Shown here in pieces: positions 15,044 to 23,566 of a stretch of 40,015 bases of DNA. This DNA is from a virus: positions 1 to 40,015 of IMG/VR virus record IMGVR_UViG_3300045988_093525; one strand, 5' to 3'. The position numbers were made by a program, and so were the translations under genes. The notes beneath the pieces are model-generated. The model searched no databases and was not told the DNA's origin. It was given only the letters and a program-made list of their open reading frames with translations. Positions within the stretch are counted from its first letter, which is position 1. The number at the start of each line of letters is the position of its first letter.

Positions 15044-15580
15044 ATGTATTTGAATGAATACGAAATTGAAAAAATCACTAGGTTGGCCACTGAGGTGGCC
15101 ACAAAAACCTACTATGAATTAGCCAAGAAAGAAAATGCACAGTTAGGTCGTAAACTTCGACACAACACGATCAAGCTGCTTAAGCATTATAGTCAGTTAC
15201 AGTCATACGTAGACAATGCTATCACGGATTCGACACAAGCCGAGGATATATGGCTCAATGAACTGTTAATTGATATGTTTGACGATAAAAGCATTGTGAA
15301 AGTAAATGCGATTGTTAAATCTAAAGAAAAAACAGCATTGATGATGCGACATGTAAATAACATGCTCGATATCTATGCTGAAAAGTGTAGCGCAAAGCAA
15401 TTTAAGTATTGTGAGTGTATGCGCAGGTATTATATTGATGGAGAAACATTAGAAGAGATTGCAGAATCATTCCCTGAAAAGCCCGATGTGCGTACTATTC
15501 ATAGGTATGTTGCAAGGGGAATAGAAGAACTATCTGTACTTCTATGGGGCGTGATTGGGCTTAATACAAAATTGTCATAA
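15044..15580 (+). CDS. Late-gene transcriptional regulator (sigma70 region-4 / ArpU-RinA-like)
   Basis: 178 aa. The C-terminal LEEIAESFPEKPDVRTIHRYVARGIEELS is a region-4-like HTH. The gene lies between the replication and packaging modules. The start may be TTG 15050, because GGGGGAG abuts ATG 15044. Confidence 0.6.
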   Translation: MYLNEYEIEKITRLATEVATKTYYELAKKENAQLGRKLRHNTIKLLKHYSQLQSYVDNAITDSTQAEDIWLNELLIDMFDDKSIVKVNAIVKSKEKTALMMRHVNNMLDIYAEKCSAKQFKYCECMRRYYIDGETLEEIAESFPEKPDVRTIHRYVARGIEELSVLLWGVIGLNTKLS

Positions 15581-15608
15581 AACTGTCATAGACATGTCAT
15601 TCTTGACA
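15573..15608 (+). promoter_or_regulatory. Three helically phased TGTCAT direct repeats plus an inverted TGACA half-site
   Basis: TGTCAT at 15573-15578, 15584-15589 and 15595-15600, exactly 11 bp apart. TGACA at 15604-15608 forms TGTCA-N4-TGACA with the third repeat. Confidence 0.6.
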
Positions 15609-15617
15609 ATTTATAAT
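15589..15617 (+). promoter_or_regulatory. Candidate late promoter (-35 TAGACA, 17 bp, perfect -10 TATAAT)
   Basis: TAGACA at 15589-15594 and TATAAT at 15612-15617. The TGTCAT repeats overlap and flank the -35. Confidence 0.5.
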
Positions 15618-15686
15618 GATAGTGTGAGTTAATAGGGAAACAAATTAATCTCTCTCGACAAAGTGAATACCTAGAACACTAAAGCA

Positions 15687-15725
15687 AAAAGACCGCTTAA
15701 TCTATACGATTGGGCGGTCTTTTTG
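15687..15725 (+). terminator. Strong intrinsic terminator between the late promoter and the first late gene
   Basis: AAAAGACCGC (15687-15696) pairs with GCGGTCTTTT (15715-15724). The stem extends further through TTAATC/GATTGG (with G-U pairs). A T-run follows. Confidence 0.8.
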
Positions 15726-15758
15726 TATCCAAATTTTAAGAAAGTGAGGTGAATACGA

Positions 15759-15947
15759 TTGACTGATGTGTATTGTGAAAAGAGACGATGCCTAAATAAT
15801 GTTAAAGGTTGGTGCAAGGCTAATGGAATTCATATTGATCATATGTGTAAGTCGTATGCACCATCTCATTCGTTAGTAAAAACAAAAACCGCAAAGGTAC
15901 ATAAGGAATGCGGTAAATATAAGCAGAATAAAGGAGTGCTGAAATAA
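15759..15947 (+). CDS. Small Cys-rich (DUF1540-like) protein
   Basis: 62 aa, TTG start 7 nt after GTGAGGTG. The pattern is C-x5-C-x8-C...C. Confidence 0.5.
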   Translation: MTDVYCEKRRCLNNVKGWCKANGIHIDHMCKSYAPSHSLVKTKTAKVHKECGKYKQNKGVLK

Positions 15948-17347
15948 TGGCAGATAACATTACGATACATTGCGCGTATACAGATTTGGTAGATATTGCT
16001 TCAGTTATTCCTAATCCTAGAAATCCTAACCACCATAGTGATAAGCAAGTAGAGTTGTTAGCCAAAGTGATAAAAGCACAAGGTTGGCGAGCTCCGATTA
16101 CGGTGAGTAACCGTTCTGGGTTTATTGTAAGAGGCCATGGGCGGTTAATGGCTGCACAATTATTAGGACTAGATACTGTTCCAATTGATCGGCAGGATTA
16201 TGAAAGCGAAGCTGCAGAGTATGCAGACCTGATTGCAGACAATAGAATCGCCGAATTATCAGATATCGATAATACCTTATTAGGAGAGTTATTAGCTGAT
16301 ACGGGAGATTTTGCTGAGTTTACAGGTTATTCTGACGATGATATAGCTAGCCTATTAAACCAGGTAATGGCAGATGAAGTTCATGAGGATGATTTTGATG
16401 CAGAAGAAGCTATCAAATCAATTAAAGAACCTATGACAAAGTTCGGTGATGTATGGATGCTAGGTGAGCATATGTTATTGTGTGGCGACTCAACAAAGAC
16501 AGAATCTCTTGATTGTCTACTGGGGGGGGACGTTGTTGATATGGTATTTACAGACCCACCGTATAACGTGGCTTATGAGGGAGGTACAAAGGAAGCTCTT
16601 ACCATTCAAAACGATAATATGTCAGATGCTGAATTTGATATATTTCTTGATGATGTATTCGCTTTGGTTAACAAAGCATTAAAACCTGGTGGAGCGTTTT
16701 ATATCTGTCACTCTGATAGCTGTGGTGGTCAATTTAGACGTGCGATTCGAGATAATGATTTACTTATCAAACAATGCCTGATTTGGGTTAAGAATACATT
16801 TGTAATGGGGCGCCAAGATTACCAGTGGAAACACGAACCAATTCTATATGGATGGAAACCTGGTGCTAGTCATAAGTTTTATGGTGGCAGAAAACAGTCT
16901 ACTGTGATTGATGACAATCTTCCTCTTGAAATCGAAAAAGATGGAAATGACTATATTCTTCATTTTTCTAATGAAACGGACCATATTGTAGTAAGAGTGC
17001 CTGGGTATGAAATAGAAGTTAATAATGGTACTGAATGTGATTCTATATGGCGATTTAATAAGCCATTAAGAAATGGTGAACATCCGACGATGAAACCGAT
17101 TGCATTATGTGCACAGGGAATTAAGAACTCATCAAAACCTGGAGAACTTGTATTCGAACCGTTTGGTGGCTCAGGGTCTACTTTGATTGCCTGCGAACAA
17201 ACAAAGCGCAGATGTAGATGCATTGAATTAGACACTAAATACTGTGATGTAATAGTAAAACGATATATCGAATTTATTGGAAGTAATAAAAATGTATATG
17301 TGATTAGAAATGGGCAACGCTTAGAATTTTCTGAGGTTGCCCAATAG
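15947..17347 (+). CDS. ParB-like nuclease domain fused to a DNA N6-adenine/N4-cytosine methyltransferase
   Basis: 466 aa. N-terminal ParB/Srx-like region (NPRNPNHHSDKQV...IVRGHGRLMAA). Motif IV FTDPPYNV is followed by motif I EPFGGSGST, which is the beta-class order. Confidence 0.88.
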   Translation: MADNITIHCAYTDLVDIASVIPNPRNPNHHSDKQVELLAKVIKAQGWRAPITVSNRSGFIVRGHGRLMAAQLLGLDTVPIDRQDYESEAAEYADLIADNRIAELSDIDNTLLGELLADTGDFAEFTGYSDDDIASLLNQVMADEVHEDDFDAEEAIKSIKEPMTKFGDVWMLGEHMLLCGDSTKTESLDCLLGGDVVDMVFTDPPYNVAYEGGTKEALTIQNDNMSDAEFDIFLDDVFALVNKALKPGGAFYICHSDSCGGQFRRAIRDNDLLIKQCLIWVKNTFVMGRQDYQWKHEPILYGWKPGASHKFYGGRKQSTVIDDNLPLEIEKDGNDYILHFSNETDHIVVRVPGYEIEVNNGTECDSIWRFNKPLRNGEHPTMKPIALCAQGIKNSSKPGELVFEPFGGSGSTLIACEQTKRRCRCIELDTKYCDVIVKRYIEFIGSNKNVYVIRNGQRLEFSEVAQ

Positions 17348-17370
17348 TTTTTGTAAACAACATGAATTGA

Positions 17371-18159
17371 GTGAGGTGGTGCTGCCATGTGACGACACAT
17401 CAGCAAGCGCACAAGGACTACCTAAATGGCATGAAGTATAAGGATATTGCCGATAAGTATGGGGTGTCATTGGCGACTGTTAAATCGTGGAAGACACGCT
17501 ATGGGTGGTTCCGCGATACATCAAAAAAAAGTATGCATACAAAAAATAAAAGTACGCATACTAGAAAACGAGGAGGCCAGCCTGGTAATCATAATGCATT
17601 ATATAATGCTGGCGGTGCGCCTAAACAAAATCAAAATGCTGTTAAGCACGGATTACTAGCGAAATATTTACCAAAAGAAACTTTAGACATTGTGATGGAA
17701 GTCGAGGAATCAAGCCCTATTGATATTCTATATATGAACATAAAAGTTCAATTTGCACGTATTATCAGAGCACAAAAGCTGATGTATGTTGAGGGAATAG
17801 AAGACCATACACGGGTCACTGAAAACAGGACAGAGGTTACTATTGACCCTGCTAAAGGGACCAGTCGTTCTGTTACTAAAACAGATAAGGTCATTTCTTC
17901 GGTAGACAAAGAAGTAGTATTTATGAAGGCCCAATCAGTGGCAATGGCCACTTTAACTAAAATGATTCAGCAGTACGACGTTATGTGTCGCAGTCCGCTA
18001 GCTACAGACGAACAACGAGCAAGAATTGATAAGATTCGCGCTGAAGTTGCCAATATTTCTATGGGGAATCGGACGATTGATGTTAATGTAAATCACAATC
18101 CATTAGCTGGCTTAAGTACTGAAGAAATAAGAAAAGTTATTGAAAAAGAGGATAGATAA
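17371..18159 (+). CDS. terS: Terminase small subunit
   Basis: N-terminal HTH (YLNGMKYKDIADKYGVSLATVKSWKTRYGW). It lies directly upstream of TerL. The start is GTG 17371 or GTG 17389 (GAGGTGGTG RBS). Confidence 0.8.
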   Translation: MRWCCHVTTHQQAHKDYLNGMKYKDIADKYGVSLATVKSWKTRYGWFRDTSKKSMHTKNKSTHTRKRGGQPGNHNALYNAGGAPKQNQNAVKHGLLAKYLPKETLDIVMEVEESSPIDILYMNIKVQFARIIRAQKLMYVEGIEDHTRVTENRTEVTIDPAKGTSRSVTKTDKVISSVDKEVVFMKAQSVAMATLTKMIQQYDVMCRSPLATDEQRARIDKIRAEVANISMGNRTIDVNVNHNPLAGLSTEEIRKVIEKEDR

Positions 18160-18160
18160 T

Positions 18161-19585
18161 ATGGAATTCACACCGGCTGTTGTACAGGAGTTCAAATATG
18201 AACTTGCGAGACGTGAATTCTTTTATTTTTGCCATCTATTAGAGGGTGACTTTTATGAATACGACCGTCAATATTTAGTTGATTTGTGCGATGCATTACA
18301 AGATTTTTATGAGGGCGATATCTACAATGTTCTTATTCTTAATTTACCGCCACGGCATGGGAAGAGCCGCACAGCCCAGAACCTGTCAAAATGGGTACTT
18401 GGTAAAAACCACAAAGAAAAGGTGATGACTGGATCTTACAATGCGACTTTATCCAAGACATTTGCCAAGGGAGTGCGAAATGCAATCAAGGAAGTTAAAG
18501 CTGATGAGAATATAACCGTTTTCTCAGATGTATTCCCTGGAGTTGAAATCAAAGAGGGCGATGGAGCAGCTCACATGTGGTCTTTGAAGGATGGCTATAA
18601 TAGCTATTTGGCTACATCCCCTGACGGTTCATCTACAGGTTTTGGTGCAACGCTCTTAATAATTGACGACATCATTAAAAACGCTGAAGAAGCCTATAAT
18701 GAAAACGTCAAAGAGTCTCATTGGAGTTGGTTTACAAATACAATGCTCTCTCGATTAGAAGAGGGAGGGAAGATTATTATAATCATGACACGATGGGCTT
18801 CAGATGATTTGGCCGGGCGTGCAATCGAGCATTTCAAAGATGATCCTAAGTTCAAATCTAAAGTGATTATGATGAAAGCGGTTCAGGAGGATGGCAGTAT
18901 GCTGTGCTCGGATGTACTATCAAAAGATAGTTATCTATCTAAAATTAGAGCAATGGGCGAGGATATTGCATCAGCCAATTACCAACAAGAGCCTATTGAT
19001 GTCAAAGGTAGGCTATACTCTTATTTCAGTACATATGAGGATGTTCCTAGGGATGATAAAGGATATCCACTATTCTCTGCAGTGAAGGCTTATGTGGATT
19101 CTGCAGATACTGGCGACGACTTCTTATGCGCTATTGTGTATGGAGTATATAAAGACTACGCATATGTGTTAGATGTATTGTATACAGATGCGCCTATGGA
19201 AATTACTGAAGAACAAACTGCAGATTTAATAAATCAAAATAGTGTAAATATTGCTGATATAGAGTCTAATAATGGTGGACGTGGTTTTGCTAGAAATGTT
19301 AAAAGGATACTAAAAGAAAAGTATCCAGGTAATCGGACAAAGATTACTGCATTTCATCAAAGTAAGAATAAGGAAGCTAGAATATTATCAAATTCAACAC
19401 AAGTTATGGATTATGTTTTATTCCCAGTTAACTTTAAGGACCGCTGGCCTGAATACTATACATCAATGTATAAGTATCAACGCAAAGGTAAAAATGCACA
19501 TGATGATGCTCAAGACGCAACGACAGGCGTTGTTGAACGTTTGAATGCGCCTGTTATTAAATCCATCAATTCTGATATTTATTAG
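18161..19585 (+). CDS. terL: Terminase large subunit
   Basis: ATG 18161 lies 1 nt after the terS stop (AAGAGGA RBS). Walker A LPPRHGKS, Walker B LLIIDD, and a C-terminal nuclease-like acidic motif HDDAQDA. Confidence 0.9.
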   Translation: MEFTPAVVQEFKYELARREFFYFCHLLEGDFYEYDRQYLVDLCDALQDFYEGDIYNVLILNLPPRHGKSRTAQNLSKWVLGKNHKEKVMTGSYNATLSKTFAKGVRNAIKEVKADENITVFSDVFPGVEIKEGDGAAHMWSLKDGYNSYLATSPDGSSTGFGATLLIIDDIIKNAEEAYNENVKESHWSWFTNTMLSRLEEGGKIIIIMTRWASDDLAGRAIEHFKDDPKFKSKVIMMKAVQEDGSMLCSDVLSKDSYLSKIRAMGEDIASANYQQEPIDVKGRLYSYFSTYEDVPRDDKGYPLFSAVKAYVDSADTGDDFLCAIVYGVYKDYAYVLDVLYTDAPMEITEEQTADLINQNSVNIADIESNNGGRGFARNVKRILKEKYPGNRTKITAFHQSKNKEARILSNSTQVMDYVLFPVNFKDRWPEYYTSMYKYQRKGKNAHDDAQDATTGVVERLNAPVIKSINSDIY

Positions 19586-19600
19586 GAGGAACTTCATTAC

Positions 19601-20971
19601 ATGTTTATTACAAACGAACAGAAGTATGCATACCAGTTATTACATGATGCGTACTATGGGTCCGGGTTATTCTCTTTAGGTCGTGGTTTAAAACAGCATC
19701 CAAGAGAAAGCATAGACAATTATAATTTCCGTAAAAAGTTATCAAGCTATTCTAATCATACCGCAGCGATTATTAATGCGAATGTAGACCCTATCTTTAA
19801 TGATGAAATTAGGAGAGAGTATAAAGAGACGGCTAAATTCAAAGTGTTTTTAAAAGATGCAGATCGATTAGGCACATCGTTACAAGAATACATTCAACAA
19901 CAAGCTCTGATTGCAAAAATGTACGGTGTTGTGTATGTCATCGTTAACAATGAAGCAGAATTTGGCGAAAGTTTGGCTGATAATGTACGCGATAGACGGT
20001 TACCGTATTTAACTTCAGTTGAACCTAGTGATGTGACTGGTTGGAAACTGGATGACAAAGGTCGAATAATTAGATTCGAATATAGAACGATTGTTACTGA
20101 TGATAATGGAGGTAGTTCAACAGTATATTATGAATGGACAGATACAAAATGGACTATTCGTGATAAAGGGCGAGGCATTATTAATGAAGGTGAACATGGG
20201 TTAGGACGTGTCCCTGTAGTGCAATGGTTTGGTCGTAGCACTAAGAAAACAACTATATTACCGCATCCAGAGTTCTATTCGTTAGCACAAAAGAACTATA
20301 GAGTTTATCATCTTGATAGTTTATTGACACAGATTTTGAACTCTCAAACATTTTCTACTTTAACAATGCCATCCGATGAAGGTATAGAAGATTTAACCTT
20401 GGGTGTCAATAATGTACTACTATATCCATCAGAGGCTAGTCATCCTCCTGCTTTTATTGCTCCAGATAATGGGCCGGCACAAATTATCATGCAAGAAAAG
20501 GAAGCTGAAATTAAAGAAATGTACCGCATAGGTGGCGTTGATTCTGTAGTAGGGGTTCAGCAGGAAAAATCAGGGGTTGCTAAACAGTGGGCATTCAAAA
20601 GAACAAATCAACGACTAGCAAACTTCGCTGTACAGTGTGAAAATGCAGAGAAAGCCATTATTGCATTATATGAATTGTGGACTGGCGAGCAGTTGAATTA
20701 TAAATGTGAATATCCAAGGGACTTTGACATTAATGATGTAGCTGATTGCTTATCTCAAGGACAGCAAGCCCTTGATTTAGGGTTTAAATCTAAAACATAT
20801 TATGTTGAAGTGCTTAAACGCATCCTTGATGGATATATGCCTAATATTGACGGTAATGTGTATGATGCTATTGTTAAAGAAGTGGAAGCTACTGCACAGC
20901 AAGAAGTATTAGATGACATGTATTCAAATGGAGAAAATCCGGATGAGAACAGTGAGCGACTAGATGAATAA
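19601..20971 (+). CDS. Portal protein
   Basis: 456 aa. Position between TerL and the MuF protein, with a size typical of portals. Strong GGAGGA RBS. Confidence 0.75.
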   Translation: MFITNEQKYAYQLLHDAYYGSGLFSLGRGLKQHPRESIDNYNFRKKLSSYSNHTAAIINANVDPIFNDEIRREYKETAKFKVFLKDADRLGTSLQEYIQQQALIAKMYGVVYVIVNNEAEFGESLADNVRDRRLPYLTSVEPSDVTGWKLDDKGRIIRFEYRTIVTDDNGGSSTVYYEWTDTKWTIRDKGRGIINEGEHGLGRVPVVQWFGRSTKKTTILPHPEFYSLAQKNYRVYHLDSLLTQILNSQTFSTLTMPSDEGIEDLTLGVNNVLLYPSEASHPPAFIAPDNGPAQIIMQEKEAEIKEMYRIGGVDSVVGVQQEKSGVAKQWAFKRTNQRLANFAVQCENAEKAIIALYELWTGEQLNYKCEYPRDFDINDVADCLSQGQQALDLGFKSKTYYVEVLKRILDGYMPNIDGNVYDAIVKEVEATAQQEVLDDMYSNGENPDENSERLDE

Positions 20972-22550
20972 GCATACCGAACGTGTCATACGCGATATAA
21001 TTGATGAATTTGAAGCCGAAGTACGTCGATTGTTAGACGAAGGGCACACGCCTAAATATGCTGTTAAAGAAGCATATAAAAAATATCCTGTAATGGAGGC
21101 AATGAAAGATACGTTAATCGATGAGTTGGTTGAGGAGTGTGCTAGGGGATATGGTGTAGATATAGGTGTAACCAGTGATGCAGCTAAAAGTGCAATAATC
21201 GCAGGCATGCCATATAAATTACAAACCATTTCAAAGGCAATGCAAAAGGCATGGGCACCTGATGGATTAAACTTATCTGATAGGCTACATAATGCATCAG
21301 GTACCGTAAAACGTGAAGTTATTACTACGATTCAAGATGCTATGTCTAAAGGAAATAGTACGATTGAGACCGCACGAGCATTATTTGATGGCTATGGGAC
21401 TGATACGGTTATTGATAAAGCCGAATTACCTAAATTTTTAAAACGGATTAATGGCCTAAATATTACATTGCCTACTAATGAAGCAGAACGAAAAGCTGTT
21501 AAGTATCAACTTCGACGTGTTAGAAGTCTGATAGAACAACGCACTACGCCTGGTATGCGTGCTGCCTATACTGAATTGATAGAAGCAATAGAAAAAGGCA
21601 ATGCTGCATCTGTTAGTCGTGCAGTATACGTTGCAACTCAAGAAAAGGCAAGATATCATGCAGAGCGCATTGCGCGGACAGAACGAGCGAGGGCATATGC
21701 TGAGGGGGAAATTGCAAGGCATTTAGATGATCCTGATGTGGTAGCCTTTCGGTGGCGAATGAGTTCAAGGCACCCTATTGTCGATATTTGCGATGTATAC
21801 GCTAACGCAGACTTATATGGGTTAGGTCGTGGAGTGTATCCAAAGGATAAGTTCCCACATTTGCCAGCGCATCCACATTGCCTTTGTCGCATTATGCCAG
21901 TTATCGATGGCATGATTAATAATACTGTTGCAAAGCCTAATGTAGAAGCCGGCGGATTGTCATATTTAAAGACGTTGAATAAAACAGAACAAGAACAAAT
22001 ATTAGGGGTAAATGGACGCAACTTAGTAATGAATGGACATATATCGTGGACTGAAAAAGCTAGGGGGTGGAGTGGAGATGTTTTTAAACGCAGACTCCCG
22101 GTGATTGAGAGTCTAAAAGACTACATAAAAGATGGTAAGGTTCGTGTCGAAGAAATCTCTAAACGGAAAGATAGCGAAACTAAAGATGATGTCAAAGCTC
22201 GCATTATAGACTATATTAATTCTCCATATTTCAATAAATCATATGTAGCTCGGCAGAGCATGCATGTAAAAGATGGTAAGCTATATGATGCCTCAAAAAA
22301 TAAAAGCTATTACGATGTAGAACCATCACATTCTGATGTGTTGAAGGCAATAAGAGCTGGAGTGAATAATGGAGGAATAGGGGTTACGCGTAATGGCGAT
22401 TGGAACCATAAAATACTAGTTGATATATACCCACATATTGGGTATGATGTACATGAAGAGACAGGAGCAAAACGGAGTACTAGCTTTGCGACTGTGCATG
22501 TATCTAATAAAGGCATTCATATAGTACCGAAGGGAAGTGAACGAAAATGA
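20964..22550 (+). CDS. MuF / SPP1 gp7-family head morphogenesis protein with a ~215-aa C-terminal extension
   Basis: 528 aa. MuF core (ERIARTERARAYAEGE ... LPAHPHCLCRIMPV) ends near aa 310. The rest has no motif I recognise. Confidence 0.85.
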   Translation: MNKHTERVIRDIIDEFEAEVRRLLDEGHTPKYAVKEAYKKYPVMEAMKDTLIDELVEECARGYGVDIGVTSDAAKSAIIAGMPYKLQTISKAMQKAWAPDGLNLSDRLHNASGTVKREVITTIQDAMSKGNSTIETARALFDGYGTDTVIDKAELPKFLKRINGLNITLPTNEAERKAVKYQLRRVRSLIEQRTTPGMRAAYTELIEAIEKGNAASVSRAVYVATQEKARYHAERIARTERARAYAEGEIARHLDDPDVVAFRWRMSSRHPIVDICDVYANADLYGLGRGVYPKDKFPHLPAHPHCLCRIMPVIDGMINNTVAKPNVEAGGLSYLKTLNKTEQEQILGVNGRNLVMNGHISWTEKARGWSGDVFKRRLPVIESLKDYIKDGKVRVEEISKRKDSETKDDVKARIIDYINSPYFNKSYVARQSMHVKDGKLYDASKNKSYYDVEPSHSDVLKAIRAGVNNGGIGVTRNGDWNHKILVDIYPHIGYDVHEETGAKRSTSFATVHVSNKGIHIVPKGSERK

Positions 22551-22747
22551 CAGAAAAAGAATTGCGTAGACGATACGATGAAATCAAGTCAGAAAATATT
22601 GAAGTCATATTCGTTGATGGAGATACTATGAAAGGCAAATTATTGGGTTATACATCTAGCGTAAATAATGAGCCAGACGAAGCGTCTATAGACGTTGGTG
22701 AATATGAATTGTATGCCAGTGAAATCGTAGAAATACGAGAAATTTAA
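22547..22747 (+). CDS. Small acidic hypothetical protein, translationally coupled to the MuF gene
   Basis: 66 aa with an ATGA start/stop overlap. A terminator follows. Confidence 0.65.
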   Translation: MTEKELRRRYDEIKSENIEVIFVDGDTMKGKLLGYTSSVNNEPDEASIDVGEYELYASEIVEIREI

Positions 22748-22765
22748 AACTTAATTTAACCAATC

Positions 22766-22795
22766 AAGCACTTGCTTATGCAGGTGCTTTTTTAT
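22766..22795 (+). terminator. Intrinsic terminator between the packaging/portal block and the head genes
   Basis: AAGCACTTGC (22766-22775) pairs with GCAGGTGCTT (22780-22789), with one G-U pair and a 4-nt loop, then TTTTTATTT. Confidence 0.75.
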
Positions 22796-22902
22796 TTGCC
22801 TTTTTAGTATTGAAGGCGTAAAAGAACAAGACCGCAGTCGTGAGGTGTGGCTCACGAAAATAAAGCGAAGAGGGAAGGTTTATTTTACAGGAGGTCATAC
22901 AG

Positions 22903-23532
22903 ATGACAAAAGAGGAACTAATTAAGTTAGGGTTAACGGAGGAACAAGTAGAGGCAGTGACTAAGGATTATGGTGAAAACTACGTTTCCAAGAGTCAATT
23001 TAATGCCAAGAATGATGAGGCGAAAGCAGCAAAAGCGGCAAAAGAAGTTGCCGACCGTGAGCTTGCTGATGCGCAAGGCAAGCTGGAAAAAATCACCTCT
23101 ACAGGGATTAAAGATGATGCAGGTATTGTAGCTATGCAGCAACGAATTAAAACCCTGGAGGATTCTGTAGAGGCCGAGCGTAAAGCAAGAGAAAATGCTG
23201 ATGCACAACGTGTACAGTCTGAAATTTCTGCAGCCGTGGTTGATTCTTTGACGAAGCGTAACGCTATGGATCCTAAGGAATTTTCAAAGCTGATTGTTGG
23301 TAACATCAAAGTCAACGAAGATGGTACTTATGGATATATTAAGTCTGATGGTACTAGTGGAACTGTTGACGATTGTGTAGATGAATGGTTAAAAGGTAAA
23401 GATTATGCAATTAAAGATGTACAAAAACGCGGAAGTGGTTCAGGCACAAGCGGTGCAGGAAGCAACAATTCTGGCAGTAATAAGCCAGTAGGTTTAAAGG
23501 GGGCCGTAGCGGCTGCTATTGAAGCCCAATAA
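22903..23532 (+). CDS. Capsid scaffolding protein (GP20-like)
   Basis: 209 aa. MTKEELIKLGLTEEQVEAV..., coiled-coil and Ala/Glu-rich. It lies immediately upstream of the major capsid gene. Confidence 0.8.
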   Translation: MTKEELIKLGLTEEQVEAVTKDYGENYVSKSQFNAKNDEAKAAKAAKEVADRELADAQGKLEKITSTGIKDDAGIVAMQQRIKTLEDSVEAERKARENADAQRVQSEISAAVVDSLTKRNAMDPKEFSKLIVGNIKVNEDGTYGYIKSDGTSGTVDDCVDEWLKGKDYAIKDVQKRGSGSGTSGAGSNNSGSNKPVGLKGAVAAAIEAQ

Positions 23533-23566
23533 ATTTTATAAATTCTAATAACGGAGGAATAAACTA

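Noticed and set aside
15603-15631. Consensus TTGACA at 15603-15608 as the -35 of the late promoter
   Set aside because: There is no acceptable -10 at 16-18 bp (only GAGTTA). The perfect TATAAT at 15612-15617 pairs instead with TAGACA at 15589-15594. TTGACA is more likely an inverted half-site of the TGTCA repeats.
16960-17412. 150-aa minus-strand ORF across the methyltransferase/terS junction
   Set aside because: It is antisense to two strongly supported CDSs. It has no RBS and no recognisable motif.
22839-22856. Hairpin CGTGAG-GTGTGG-CTCACG upstream of the scaffold gene as a second terminator
   Set aside because: The stem is only 6 bp and is followed by an A-run rather than a T-run on the transcribed strand. 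It may be an RNA stability or processing element, but there is no evidence.
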